Source: an uncultured archaeon
GTDB lineage: Archaea > Thermoplasmatota > Penumbrarchaeia > JASLWR01
DNA length: 64,000 bases
NCBI GenBank assembly: GCA_964342815.1
Contig: CAYFHS010000001.1
Location: 243,849 to 307,848, forward strand
Direction: 5' to 3'
The position numbers and the translations under genes were made by a program. Every line of letters starts with the position of its first letter. Positions within the stretch are counted from its first letter, which is position 1. Positions 10,135-20,918 of the stretch are shown here, one piece after another. The notes under the pieces were generated by a model that worked only from the letters and a program-made list of their open reading frames with translations, did no database searches and was not told the DNA's origin.

Positions 10135-12159
10135 CTAGACCACCTCCAAGGCTGCTCCGACCATGGCTTTCAATTGTTCCAGCTTGAATCCTTTGACAAC
10201 GATGCCTTCTTTCGGGCATGTCGCCTGACATACCCCGCATCCCTGACAGGCCACTTCGGTAACTTCAACAGTTTTCTTTATCTCCCTGTTCCTAATGTAT
10301 TCGATCAAAGTAAGTGCATTATAAGGACACGGGTCGATACAATAAGCGCATCCGTCACAGTTCTTGTCAATTACAAATGAAATATGTGGTGCTAATTCCA
10401 CTTTGCCCTGGTCAAGAGGTATCAACGCCCTTGCTGCGGCTCCGGATGCCTGGGCCACCGTGTCCGGTATGTCCTTTGGCGATTGGGCACATCCTGCTAA
10501 AAATAAGCCAGGCGATATCGTATCCACTGGACGCAGTTTGGGATGGGCCTCCAGTAAGAAACCATCGGCACTCTGGGACAGTTTCAACACCTTGGCAACA
10601 CCCTCACTTGTGCTCAGTCGGGGGATAATGGCTGTCGCAAGGACCACGAGATCCGCTTCCAAGGGGGGAGTGTCTCCGCTTTTCACAATGAGCGGACCGT
10701 TTTCAGCACCGGGCGTTTTAGGCACGACCTCAAGGGGATCCTCCAGTTCCCTATGGATATAGACAACGCCTTCATCCTTGACCCGATTGTAAAATTCTTC
10801 AAAACCTTTTCCGAAGGCCCTGACATCCGTATATAGCACCGTTGTATCCGCATCCTGCAACCTCTCTCGAACAAGATGGGCATGCTTTGCAGTGTACATG
10901 CAGCATACTCTTGAACAGTATGAATTGCCCCCTTCGCACCTTTCTCTGGAGCCCACACATTGGATGAACACCACCTTTTCCGGGCGTTTCCCATCAATCA
11001 GTATCTCTCCCCCGGTTGGGCCGGAAGAAGAACAAATACGCTCGAACTCCAATCCCGTTATCACATTTTTATTAGAACCATATCCATACTGTAGATTTTG
11101 AGAGGGATCGTAAAGGTCAAAACCAGTAGCTACGATAATAGTCCCTACATCCAGTTCGATCTCTTCGTCTTTCAGATTGAAATCGATAGCATTTGTGGGA
11201 CAGGCTTCCTGGCATTTGGGTGCCTTTCCGCATTTGCCTCTCGTTACCATCAAACAACGATCTTTATCTATGGTAAATTTCAAAGGAACGGCCTGGGGAA
11301 ACGGTAGATAGGCCGAACCTCGCATACCGATATTCGCATCAAATTCGTTCGGAATCCTTCCCTTGAGGCGGCACGCTTCCGCACATTCTCCGCAACCGAC
11401 ACATTTCTCAATATCGATGTATCTCGATTTCTTTTTTATTTTAACAATAAAGTTGCCTATGTATCCCCCCACTTCCGTTACTTCAGCATAAGTGAGAAGT
11501 TCGATATTCGGGTGTCGGGCCGCATCAACCATTTTCGGGGTCAATATACATGCGGAACAATCCAGTGTTGGGAATGTTTTGTCCAGTTGCGCCATTCTCC
11601 CGCCTATGGACGGGGATTGTTCTACCAAATATACTTTAAAACCGTTTTCAGCAATATCAAGCGCGACCTGGATGCCAGCAATCCCGCCACCAATAACCAA
11701 AGCATTGGGTATGACCTCCACTTCTTTCTTCTCTAACGGCTCCAGTAACCGTGCTTTGGCCACTGCCATCCGTATTAAATCTTCAGCTTTTTCGGTAGCC
11801 TCTCGAGGCGTCTTATTGTGTACCCAGGAACAGTGCTCACGGATGTTAGTCATCTCGAAAAGATATGGATTAAGGCCTGCTTCCGACAGTGTGATTCTAA
11901 ATGTGGGCTCATGCATCCTGGGGGAGCACGAGGCTACAATAACCCGAGTCAAATCCATTTCTTTGATATCATCCTTTATTAGTTTTTGGCCTGGCTCGGA
12001 GCACATGTATTTATAAAAACGGCTCACGGCAACATCAGGAAGAGTTCCCGTATATTCCGCGACCTTTTTCACATCGACAACCGCCCCGATGTTTATGCCA
12101 CATTCACATACATAGACCCCAATTCTCACTCTGCTTGCGTTGTTAGCTCCATCCGACAT
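10135..12159 (-). CDS. hdrA: Heterodisulfide reductase subunit A (canonical length)
   Basis: RIGVYVCECG, SCSPRMHE, DKTFPTLDCSAC, QCVGSR...CSRVCC, terminal CDGCAYC/CQGCGVC; likely ATG at 12159. Confidence 0.96.
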   Translation of the reverse strand: MSDGANNASRVRIGVYVCECGINIGAVVDVKKVAEYTGTLPDVAVSRFYKYMCSEPGQKLIKDDIKEMDLTRVIVASCSPRMHEPTFRITLSEAGLNPYLFEMTNIREHCSWVHNKTPREATEKAEDLIRMAVAKARLLEPLEKKEVEVIPNALVIGGGIAGIQVALDIAENGFKVYLVEQSPSIGGRMAQLDKTFPTLDCSACILTPKMVDAARHPNIELLTYAEVTEVGGYIGNFIVKIKKKSRYIDIEKCVGCGECAEACRLKGRIPNEFDANIGMRGSAYLPFPQAVPLKFTIDKDRCLMVTRGKCGKAPKCQEACPTNAIDFNLKDEEIELDVGTIIVATGFDLYDPSQNLQYGYGSNKNVITGLEFERICSSSGPTGGEILIDGKRPEKVVFIQCVGSRERCEGGNSYCSRVCCMYTAKHAHLVRERLQDADTTVLYTDVRAFGKGFEEFYNRVKDEGVVYIHRELEDPLEVVPKTPGAENGPLIVKSGDTPPLEADLVVLATAIIPRLSTSEGVAKVLKLSQSADGFLLEAHPKLRPVDTISPGLFLAGCAQSPKDIPDTVAQASGAAARALIPLDQGKVELAPHISFVIDKNCDGCAYCIDPCPYNALTLIEYIRNREIKKTVEVTEVACQGCGVCQATCPKEGIVVKGFKLEQLKAMVGAALEVV

Positions 12160-12495
12160 CAGGATACCTTCATGATTAGGAGTTTCCACTCATCATTGTA
12201 ATAAAGCTTCAGTAGGCAAATATTACATCATCGACCGGGGGTCTTATGTTCCCTACTTACATATTATCCCCGAGAATTATGTATTAAGTGCCATAATTTT
12301 TGTCAGAAATTATACAATAATCCAGAATCTGGTTGTTGTATATCTGATCACCAATCACAATACTATTAATTCTATTAATATCTTTTGAGATTTTTATTTT
12401 CTCACTTCGTTAGGGTGAAAAACGTTTTAAGAGAGGAAGAATGAGGTAAAAAATTGACTAGAGGTTCAATGAACTTAGATTAAAGAAGAACTTTA

Positions 12496-12660
12496 TCAAA
12501 ATGCTGCGTAAGACCTAGGGCCCCACATCTTCAGGGCTCCAACCATTTCATTCACTATTTTGGTAAACTTCGGCCTCTAGACTGCTGACACCAATTCCAC
12601 CCTGAATCTCTCACGCTAAGGGCTAAAATCCTTCAGCATCAGTTACATGGTCTCCGTCTG
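12496..12660 (-). pseudogene. mvhD: Vestigial 3' fragment of an mvhD
   Basis: Manual translation LMLKDFSP*RERFRVELVSAV*RPKFTKIVNEMVGALKMWGP matches the MvhD C-terminus (ERFRLEWVSASEGPKF...LGP pattern); two in-frame stops. Confidence 0.7.
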
Positions 12661-12668
12661 TTGTGTAC

Positions 12669-13094
12669 TCATCTTTCCTTATTACTTACAGGTGAAGGAC
12701 CCAATTTTCTGATTTTCTCGGTCATATCCACAGCTACTTTTGCAAACTTGGGTCCCGAAGATGTGGAAATATAATGCATTTCTATCCTCTCGCTTTCCAA
12801 GCCGATTTCCACTAATAATTTTTTTAGATGTTCAACACGCCTTTTCGCCCGGAAATTGCCCTCTATAAAGTGGCAACTACCTTCCTCACATCCCGCCACA
12901 TAAACGCCGTCCGCACCATCCTCGAATGCTTTCAAAATATAGAGGATGTCTATTTTTCCGCTGCACGGTATCCTTATTATCTTGACATTGGTGGGATATT
13001 GTATCCTCATTGTGCCCGCCATATCTGCAGCTCCGTATGCGCAATAATGACAGCAGAAGGCAATAATCTTTGGCTCGAATCCCGAATCCGTCAT
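12669..13094 (-). CDS. mvhD: MvhD [2Fe-2S] subunit (second copy)
   Basis: FCCHYCAYGAAD, RIPCSGK, AGCEEGSCHF. Confidence 0.95.
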   Translation of the reverse strand: MTDSGFEPKIIAFCCHYCAYGAADMAGTMRIQYPTNVKIIRIPCSGKIDILYILKAFEDGADGVYVAGCEEGSCHFIEGNFRAKRRVEHLKKLLVEIGLESERIEMHYISTSSGPKFAKVAVDMTEKIRKLGPSPVSNKER

Positions 13095-16000
13095 TCTCCA
13101 ACCTCTTTCAGTATAGCATTACATTGACCTAATAATTGATCATCTCGAAAATGCTGCAATTGAATTGCTTTGGCCGGACATTCACTTACACATATGCCAC
13201 ATCCCTGACATTCCGCCTCATCTATCCGGGCGACTCCTTCCTTCGAGATCTTCGGTGCGGAGTAAGGGCATACTCTTATACAAGTAAGGCAAGTAGCACA
13301 TTTATCCGGATCGACCACTGAAATAGTACCGCCTATTTCCAGCGACTCTTTGGAGAGAATCGTACCTGCCCTTGCTGCCGCGGCACTCGCCTGGGCGATG
13401 CTCTCATCAATGAACTTTGGAGAATGGGCCAAACCCGCGAGGAAGACACCGGGGGTAGCAAAGTCCACAGGGCGTAATTTCACATGGGCCTCTAAAAAGA
13501 ATCCGTCCTTCGTCATGGGCAGTTTCAACATCTGGGAGAGTTCTATTGCTCCATCCTGAGGGAGTATTGCATTACTTAACACTAACAGGTCCGGTATAAG
13601 TGTTATCTCTCTATTAAGTATTGGTTCACGAATAGATACCTGCAATCCTTCATCATCGCTCACTATAGGAAGGTTCTCATCATCATAACGTATGAAAATG
13701 ATACCCTTTTCAGCTGCTTCCCTGTAATATTTTTCTCTGAATCCATAGGTTCGAATATCCTTGTAGAGCACGTAGATGTTGGTGTCGGGACTCTGTTCCT
13801 TGATCTTCAACGCATTCTTTATGGCACCGCTGCAACATACCCTGCTGCAGTAGGTTCTCTCCTCTGTGCGTGAACCCACACATTGGATCATGACCACATT
13901 TTCTGAGTTAAATGTATTTTTTACTAGTTTCTCTTCGAGTTCCTTCCTCGTACAGACATTTTTATTTACTCCATAGAGATATTCGCTGGGAATATATTCT
14001 TTTCCTCCGATTGCTAAGATAATTATACCATGATCGAATTCGTTCTCCGCCGCATCATTTTGAATGATAGTTGTCTTAAAGTTACCAATAACACCATCGA
14101 TATTTTTTATCTTTACCCCTGTGGAAACATGGATCAATTCGTTCTCATGTACACGGGAAATTATATTTCGTAAAAACTCTTGGGGATCTTCACCACCTAA
14201 CATGTAATGTGTATTTAGTGCTGCACCCCCCAACTCATTTTCTCGTTCAATTAGAAATGTTTCATATCCCTGTGCCGATAATTCCAGAGCAGCAGTCATA
14301 CCGGTTATGCCGCCCCCGATAACCAATCCTCTTGGGACAATGTCAATTTTTCTTTTCATTAGGGGATGATTTAATAAGGATTTTGAAACTGCAACTCTGA
14401 CGAGATCCATGGCTTTCCTTGTAGCCTCTTCCGGTTCGGTATTGTGTACCCAGGAACATTGTTCTCTTATATTCGCCATTTCAAATAAATAAGGGTTGAG
14501 ACCGGCTTCCTGAATCGTATTTTGAAATAACGGCTCGTGGGTTCGCGGAGTACACGCGGAAACGACGACTCGGTTCAGGTCATTTTCTTCAATAATATCC
14601 ATCATCTTTTTCTGTGTATCTTGGGAGCAGGTATAAATGAACTCCTCGGCCTTGACCACATTAGGTAACGTTTTTGCATATTCGACAACCGCAGGTACAT
14701 CTACCACCGAGCCGATATTGATTCCGCAATTACAAACGAAGACCCCTATCCGAGGCTTCTCGGCGGTGATATCCTTCTCGGGAGGGTATTCTTTAACAGA
14801 AACAAGGCTATTCCTTTCAGATGAAATAATACTCGATGCTTTGGCGGCGGCCCCGGAAGCTTCAATAACGGTCTCGGGAATATTCTTCGGACTCGAAAAA
14901 GCACCGCAAACATATATGCCTGGTCGAGAGCTTGTCATAGGAGAAAAATATTTAGTTGAGCAGAATCCGGACTCGTTCAGATCTATACCAAGTATATCGC
15001 TTATCGCGTCATTCGACCTCGGTGGTATCAATCCCGTTGACAGAACCACCATTTCAAAGACTTCTTGTTTCATCTCCTCGTTTTCCAAATAACTCAAAAT
15101 AAGATTGTTAGTGTGGGCATCTTCTTCGATGTTGGGAATCCTGCAGCGAGTAAACTTAATACCGTATTTTTCTTTTGCCCTGATGTAATAGTCATCGAAC
15201 TCCTTTCCGAAAGCTCTGATGTCCATGAAAAAGATATGTGTTTCAAGCCCCTCCACGTGTTCTTGAGCCAGAAGTGCTTCTTTCATCGCTGCCATGCAGC
15301 ATACGCTGGAACAGTATTCATTACTTCGTTCATCGCGCGAACCGACGCATTGTAAAAACGCAATTTTTCGAGGCTCCTTCTCATCCGACAGTCGTCGGAC
15401 CTTTCCCTGATATGGGCCTGAAGCGCTCAATATCCGTTCGAATTGAAGATTTGTGATCACATTCGGGAATCTTCTATAACCATATTCGTTATCTATATCC
15501 GGTTCGTAAAGGTCAAAACCAGTAGATACGACTATGGAACCAACATTCAGTTCCAGTTCCGTAGGGACCATCTCATGGTCAACGGCCTCCGCTTCGCAGC
15601 TCTTGACACATTCTAAACATTCCGAACAGATACCACAGCTCAAACAACGGTTTGCTTCGGCAATTGCCTCTTCTTCGGTTAATCCCAATTCTACTTCCTC
15701 AAAACTGGAAAGTCTTTCCTCCAGTGTGATGGTCCTTGCCTTCCTTCGTTTCTCGATTTGCACGTCTTCGATATCTACCTGACTGCTTATATCGGGTAAA
15801 TCCTCACTCTTCAAGCTCTCCTCCAAATTCTCAGCGCCCTGGAGGAATTTGTCTATGGTAATGGCCGCCCTTTCACCGGCTGCAATGGCATCAATGACCG
15901 TTGATGGACCGGTAATGAAATCCCCTCCTGCAAAAACTCCCGGCGTATTGGTCATGAGTGTTGTTGGATTCACTGCCAACCGTTCCCATTTAGTTATCTC

Positions 16001-17515
16001 GAATTGGGCCTCCTCGGGAAGGAACGATATATCGGGAGCCTGACTCACGGCCGATATAACCATATCAACATCCACCACGAATTCCGAGCCTTCAATTGGG
16101 ATTGGCCTTCTCCTTCCACTCTTATCCGGTTCCCCTAACTTCATTTTTATACATTCTATTTTGGACACTGTCTCTCCATTATCAGATAAGATCCGAGTGG
16201 GGCTGCATAGAAAATGGAACTTCACTCCTTCCTCACCGGCCTCTTCGACCTCCTTTGGATCCACAGGCATCTCATTTCTTGAGCGTCTATATAATAGAAA
16301 TACCTCATTAATCCCCATTCTCCTTGCGCTTCTGGCACAATCCATTGCAGTATTTCCCCCTCCTATCACCGCCACCCTGTCCTTTAGCTCGACGGGCTCC
16401 CCTAAATTAATCTTCCTCATGAATGTGACGCCGTGATATACTCCTTTCAAATCTTCCCCTTCAATTCCAAGTTTAAAGGGGTTGTGGGCTCCCGCTGCAA
16501 TAAAAATGGCATCGTAATCTTTTTGAAGTCCCTGAAGTTTGATCTTCTCCCCTATAGGCGTGTCCAACTTAACCTCCACACCCAGACTGATTATATTATC
16601 GATTTCCCTGCGAAGGACCTCCCTTGGTAGACGATAGGATGGAATTCCCACCCGCATCATGCCACCTAATACCGGAAGTGCTTCGAATACCGTTGTCTGG
16701 TAGCCTTCCACCGTGAGATTATATGCGGCGGTAAGACCTGCGGGACCACCGCCGATGACAGCTACCTTTTGAGGTTTCTTCTCCTTTTTTTTCGGGAGAA
16801 TGGGCTCGTCCTCGAAAGTTGGTTCCAAGTCCGCTAAAAAACGTTTTAATGCACTGATGGCCAAGGGATCGTCCACTTCCCCCCGTTTACAGTTCAGTTC
16901 ACAGGGATGGGTGCAAATCCTCCCGCATATCCCGGGAAAAGGATGGGCTTTCTTCACAAGTTCGAGAGCCTCACGGAACTTTCTCTCCCTGATTAAAGCT
17001 ACATAACCCTGTACGTTCGTCTTGGTGGGACAGGCAACTTTGCATGGGGATTTACCCCGCTTTTGGATGGTATATTTTAACGGGACCGCCTGAGGGAAGG
17101 GTACATAGATCGCGTTTTTATTGGCGAGTTCCATATCAAACTCACTGATGATTTCCACGGGACAGTTCTTAGCACACTCACCACATCCTATGCATCTACT
17201 CTCATCTACATAGCGGGGATGCCTTAAAACCGTCACTTTGAAATTGCCCTCTTTCCCTTCTACGCAACTAATTTCGGATAATGTGAGAAGTTCGATATTT
17301 GGGTGTCTTGCGACCTCAACGAGCTTTGGTGAGAGGATACACATGGAGCAGTCGTTTGTGGGGAAAGTCTTATCCAGCTGGGCCATTCTACCCCCGATGG
17401 CCGGTGATCTTTCAACGAGGAATACCTTAAAACCGCTATTAGCCAGGTCCAATGCGCTTTGCATTCCCCCGATACCCCCGCCGATAACTAGAACCGCACC
17501 TATCTTTTCATCCAT
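13091..17515 (-). CDS. hdrA: HdrL-type large HdrA with GltD-like NAD(P)H module and tandem HdrA domains (~1474 aa)
   Basis: GGGIGG, DKTFPTNDCSMC; insert FPGICGRIC, GGGPAG, GGGNTA...YRR; then QCVGSRD, a second HdrA unit RIGVFVCNCG...SACTPRTHE and a terminal ferredoxin; likely ATG at 17515. Confidence 0.95.
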   Translation of the reverse strand: MDEKIGAVLVIGGGIGGMQSALDLANSGFKVFLVERSPAIGGRMAQLDKTFPTNDCSMCILSPKLVEVARHPNIELLTLSEISCVEGKEGNFKVTVLRHPRYVDESRCIGCGECAKNCPVEIISEFDMELANKNAIYVPFPQAVPLKYTIQKRGKSPCKVACPTKTNVQGYVALIRERKFREALELVKKAHPFPGICGRICTHPCELNCKRGEVDDPLAISALKRFLADLEPTFEDEPILPKKKEKKPQKVAVIGGGPAGLTAAYNLTVEGYQTTVFEALPVLGGMMRVGIPSYRLPREVLRREIDNIISLGVEVKLDTPIGEKIKLQGLQKDYDAIFIAAGAHNPFKLGIEGEDLKGVYHGVTFMRKINLGEPVELKDRVAVIGGGNTAMDCARSARRMGINEVFLLYRRSRNEMPVDPKEVEEAGEEGVKFHFLCSPTRILSDNGETVSKIECIKMKLGEPDKSGRRRPIPIEGSEFVVDVDMVISAVSQAPDISFLPEEAQFEITKWERLAVNPTTLMTNTPGVFAGGDFITGPSTVIDAIAAGERAAITIDKFLQGAENLEESLKSEDLPDISSQVDIEDVQIEKRRKARTITLEERLSSFEEVELGLTEEEAIAEANRCLSCGICSECLECVKSCEAEAVDHEMVPTELELNVGSIVVSTGFDLYEPDIDNEYGYRRFPNVITNLQFERILSASGPYQGKVRRLSDEKEPRKIAFLQCVGSRDERSNEYCSSVCCMAAMKEALLAQEHVEGLETHIFFMDIRAFGKEFDDYYIRAKEKYGIKFTRCRIPNIEEDAHTNNLILSYLENEEMKQEVFEMVVLSTGLIPPRSNDAISDILGIDLNESGFCSTKYFSPMTSSRPGIYVCGAFSSPKNIPETVIEASGAAAKASSIISSERNSLVSVKEYPPEKDITAEKPRIGVFVCNCGINIGSVVDVPAVVEYAKTLPNVVKAEEFIYTCSQDTQKKMMDIIEENDLNRVVVSACTPRTHEPLFQNTIQEAGLNPYLFEMANIREQCSWVHNTEPEEATRKAMDLVRVAVSKSLLNHPLMKRKIDIVPRGLVIGGGITGMTAALELSAQGYETFLIERENELGGAALNTHYMLGGEDPQEFLRNIISRVHENELIHVSTGVKIKNIDGVIGNFKTTIIQNDAAENEFDHGIIILAIGGKEYIPSEYLYGVNKNVCTRKELEEKLVKNTFNSENVVMIQCVGSRTEERTYCSRVCCSGAIKNALKIKEQSPDTNIYVLYKDIRTYGFREKYYREAAEKGIIFIRYDDENLPIVSDDEGLQVSIREPILNREITLIPDLLVLSNAILPQDGAIELSQMLKLPMTKDGFFLEAHVKLRPVDFATPGVFLAGLAHSPKFIDESIAQASAAAARAGTILSKESLEIGGTISVVDPDKCATCLTCIRVCPYSAPKISKEGVARIDEAECQGCGICVSECPAKAIQLQHFRDDQLLGQCNAILKEVGE

Positions 17516-17516
17516 T

Positions 17517-18421
17517 CTATGCACTCACTTTCCTTAAGAACTCGATTTTACGAAATAATGGCTTCACTTTCACATGTTTCTTGTTGACTGCCAGATCCCT
17601 ACGCGGGTGAAATCCCATGACCAGACCCAGGAGTTAAGTATAATATAGAACTGGTATATCATATTTGACATCGGCCTTTGCACCGATGGCAGGGTGATAT
17701 TCGTAATAGATAATATCACCGAACGAGCGGATCACAATCATAACATCCGTATTTGCCGCCTTGACATGATCGAGCTTCTGTTTCACCATATTGGTGGACG
17801 TGTCCTCCAAAAACGCCAATATACCGCTGCAGCAGCACTGAAGTCTATCCCGGTAAGAGACAGGCTCGGCTCCGGTGATCTCGATGAGTTTGTCCAGGCT
17901 CTCGGGAAAGTAAGGACTGTCGAAATGATCGAACAAATAGGTTGGCTTGATGTAATGCCATCCGTAATGAGGGGCGATCTTAATACCTGCCAGGGGATGC
18001 GTGAGCGCCTCTTTCACCTTGTCGAAACCGATCTCCTTAAAAGGAAGCGGATAACATTCTTTACCTTCACATTACCCTTGGAAACATGCCCCAGGTCGGA
18101 CAATTCCTCGTTGACCTTCTTTAACTCCTCTTCGCGGTCTCCGTCCGAGTAGTGCTTTGCCACTTTCGTGAGGTGACCCGAGCAGGCTCTGCAGAGGGTC
18201 ACAAGCTATTCCGCTTCTGCGAGACCGAAATTGCGTGCCGCCACTGCCATGGCGGGATGATGATGTACGCCATCTATAGGAAAACCACGGTATGAAAAAC
18301 CGAGGATGTCCACGATTTCTATCCCCAGTTTCGAGGCGATTTTTCTTGTGGAAAGTTCATAGTTGGAATCCCTGACGGATACCGTACCCCTCAAGAAAAG
18401 GGCGATCCCGTGTTTAATCAT
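17517..18421 (-). pseudogene. hdrB: Degraded hdrB
   Basis: HdrB homology throughout, but TAG near 18206, a frameshift near 18040, TAA near 17634 (YYT*LLGL), and conserved Cys lost (LRG, SYRG, HYGW, IRSFG). Confidence 0.9.
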
Positions 18422-18424
18422 CGT

Positions 18425-18640
18425 TGCCAATCCCCTTGATCGCGTCATGAATGCCTGCTTTTTCATTACTTCCTTTGGTTCCGAGATCTTGAATTCAGGT
18501 TACGACATTCCTTTCTTTGCCCTTACAGTATTTTCGAACTCACTGACCTCTCGTATGCGGCCGAACTTTTCCAGCAGGTCAACGCCGGCTCCCATTGCCT
18601 TTGGTAGATATCCTTCCTTGGGGATGAACTTTATTATAAC
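18425..18640 (-). pseudogene. hdrC: 3' remnant of hdrC
   Basis: KEGYLPKAMGAGVDLLEKFGRIREVSEFEN..RAKKGMS*PEFKISEPKEV resembles an HdrC C-terminus directly upstream of hdrB; the 5' Fe-S part is absent. Confidence 0.6.
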
Positions 18641-18773
18641 GATATATTTTTCTATATAAGCGTGATTAGTGTGTTGGTTATCGGTTATATATTCAATATT
18701 CCTATTTTTAGAAGCTAAAGGTATTAACACGATTCGATTCAGGCATATATTTGCGCTAAAGGAGAATACATAG

Positions 18774-20102
18774 ATGAGGATAGTCATGCTCGCCCCCTTT
18801 GGTATACATCCCAAAGGGACCGTCCTTTCGCGGACGCTCCCCCTGGGATACGCTTTGGCCAAGAAGGGCAATGAAGTTGTCCTCGTAATACCCCAGGAAG
18901 AAGACGTCTCCATCACTACCAACGTCAGCAGGGGTTCCCTCCGGCTCTTAAACGTACCGACAGGTCCACGCGGGTATGCCATAGATGATCTCGTGGTATC
19001 GTACGAGATGATGCGTAAAACATCCTCCCTCGAACCCGAAATAATCCACGTTTTCAAACCCAAGGGATACGGAGGATTGGCGGGAATGCTCAAGTGGGCG
19101 GGCGACATATTGCGTAATGAAAAGAAACCGCTCGTTCTGGATGGGGACGACCATGAGGGGTTCGGCGGTATGAACGACGTCATACCCTATCCGGTGGCGT
19201 GGAAATTGTTTTTCCACTTCCAGGAAAGGTTATTACCCCGCATCTGCGACAGAATGACGCTGGCGAGCACGTATCTCATGGATTATTATTCCAGTTTTGG
19301 TGCCGAGCGAGAAAATATGATCCATCTGCCTAACGGCGTTAATCCGTTCATCCATTTTCCGGGGAATATAGATGAAGGACTGGAGGAGTTCGTTTCAAAA
19401 CGTCATATGGGAATGGAAGAGCTTAAGGGGATGAAAAATGAAGGTTCCAATGCATTTACGAATGGAAATATCAAGGATCAGGTCCCGGAGGAAACCATTT
19501 CCCTCTTTTCCCGTTTCAGGGACCACGGGACCGAAAGAGTGCTTAAAATATTCCGGGCGGTCCAGAACCTTGATCGCAGGGCAAAATTCCTGCTCGCGGG
19601 GGACTGGGCGGGTAACGAGACCGTAAGGCTGAGAAAGGGAATGAAAAAATATCTGAAAGAAGGGAGTTTTCAATTTACCGGGACATTCCCGTTCACTTCC
19701 ATGCAAGAGGTCTTTTCCCATTCGAACATTGCAATGGTGCCTGTGGACGATTCGAATATCACCAGGGCAAAGTGTTCAGCCAAGCTGGTGGATCTGATGG
19801 CCATGGGGAAAGCAGTGGTGGCAGATAATATTGGGGAGAACGGGAATTATATCGAAGATGGCGTTACCGGATGCTTGGTTGATAATATCGTTGGTGCCGG
19901 TATCCCTGAAAAAGATGATCATCATATAAGGGATAATGAAAAAGAGAACTTAAAGGAGTTCTCGGAAAGACTGATCTACCTTCTTGACAATCCCATGGAG
20001 GCAAACGAATTGGGACGTGAAGCCAGGAAAAGGGTCAACAGCGAGTTCTCTTGGAGAAAACTGGCCCGAGGTGTGGCTGATCTCTATCACCAGCTGGTGT
20101 GA
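18774..20102 (+). CDS. Glycosyltransferase family 4
   Basis: GT-B motifs, RAKCSAKLVDLMAMGKAVVADNIG, ELGREARKRV..FSW. Confidence 0.9.
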   Translation: MRIVMLAPFGIHPKGTVLSRTLPLGYALAKKGNEVVLVIPQEEDVSITTNVSRGSLRLLNVPTGPRGYAIDDLVVSYEMMRKTSSLEPEIIHVFKPKGYGGLAGMLKWAGDILRNEKKPLVLDGDDHEGFGGMNDVIPYPVAWKLFFHFQERLLPRICDRMTLASTYLMDYYSSFGAERENMIHLPNGVNPFIHFPGNIDEGLEEFVSKRHMGMEELKGMKNEGSNAFTNGNIKDQVPEETISLFSRFRDHGTERVLKIFRAVQNLDRRAKFLLAGDWAGNETVRLRKGMKKYLKEGSFQFTGTFPFTSMQEVFSHSNIAMVPVDDSNITRAKCSAKLVDLMAMGKAVVADNIGENGNYIEDGVTGCLVDNIVGAGIPEKDDHHIRDNEKENLKEFSERLIYLLDNPMEANELGREARKRVNSEFSWRKLARGVADLYHQLV

Positions 20103-20140
20103 TAGGCGCGATACCCGCTACAGTACCGCCATGTTGATCT

Positions 20141-20893
20141 TCAGCCGGATAATTGGCATTCACCCATCTTGATCCCGGTTGGGATGTGGTACAGGTAGAA
20201 ATAATCACCTTCGACGGTGTTCAGCGGTTCGGATAATACCTTGAAATATTCATAGGCTTCCATGTAATCGTCCTGATTGACCCAATAACTCACGGAATCG
20301 TCCATTGAACTCTCATCGGCTTCCCGAACAGTACCGTTTATCAATTCTTCACCGGTCTCCGCAGAAACGATATGGTAAGAAATATTATCGATATTCGCAT
20401 CCCCCTCGGATATGTATTCTACCTCCACAATGTAGGTTATTCCATAAAATATATCCGAAATGCTATCGGAGGAAAGAAGGACATCCGGGGCTTCCTCCAG
20501 GATTATGACGGTCACGGCAAAATAGGCGATATCTTCATATTCACCGTCGAAGACTGTTAGGTTTACTTTGTGCGTGTCCTGTTCCAGCTCCCCGTAATAA
20601 ACTGTGAAAGTATGTTCCACCACTGGGCCGGTGGTATTACTACCGTCATCGAATTCCCAGAAATACGTCAGTTCATCCCCGTCATCGTCGTATGACCCCA
20701 CACCGCTAAATACCACTGGTTGAGAGAGAATCGCTTCCGAGGGTGCATTGATTACAGCATGGGGGCTATGATTTCCCTGACCGATGGTATCGTTTTCGTC
20801 CAACATCATATAAATAGCATATGCTGCAATAATCGTGAGAACACACGCAACTGCAATTATTATTTTTGTTCTCAGGATCAATTTCTTCGCCAC
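20141..20893 (-). CDS. Membrane-anchored PKD-domain protein
   Basis: N-terminal TM; FSGVGSYDDDGDELTYFWEFDDG...VEHTF...VNLTVFDG. Confidence 0.8.
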   Translation of the reverse strand: MAKKLILRTKIIIAVACVLTIIAAYAIYMMLDENDTIGQGNHSPHAVINAPSEAILSQPVVFSGVGSYDDDGDELTYFWEFDDGSNTTGPVVEHTFTVYYGELEQDTHKVNLTVFDGEYEDIAYFAVTVIILEEAPDVLLSSDSISDIFYGITYIVEVEYISEGDANIDNISYHIVSAETGEELINGTVREADESSMDDSVSYWVNQDDYMEAYEYFKVLSEPLNTVEGDYFYLYHIPTGIKMGECQLSG

Positions 20894-20918
20894 CGGAATT
20901 GTTTATATAAAAACCCGG

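Noticed and set aside
10132-10140. In-frame TAG directly abutting the next hdrA ATG (possible pyrrolysine or readthrough fusion)
   Set aside because: A strong SD (GGAGGTG) lies just upstream of the ATG, both proteins have complete HdrA termini, and no pyl genes are in the window
17517-18640. Selenocysteine or pyrrolysine recoding of the hdrB/hdrC stops
   Set aside because: The stops are TAG/TAA, do not fall at Cys positions, and come with a frameshift and Cys losses, so this is a pseudogene
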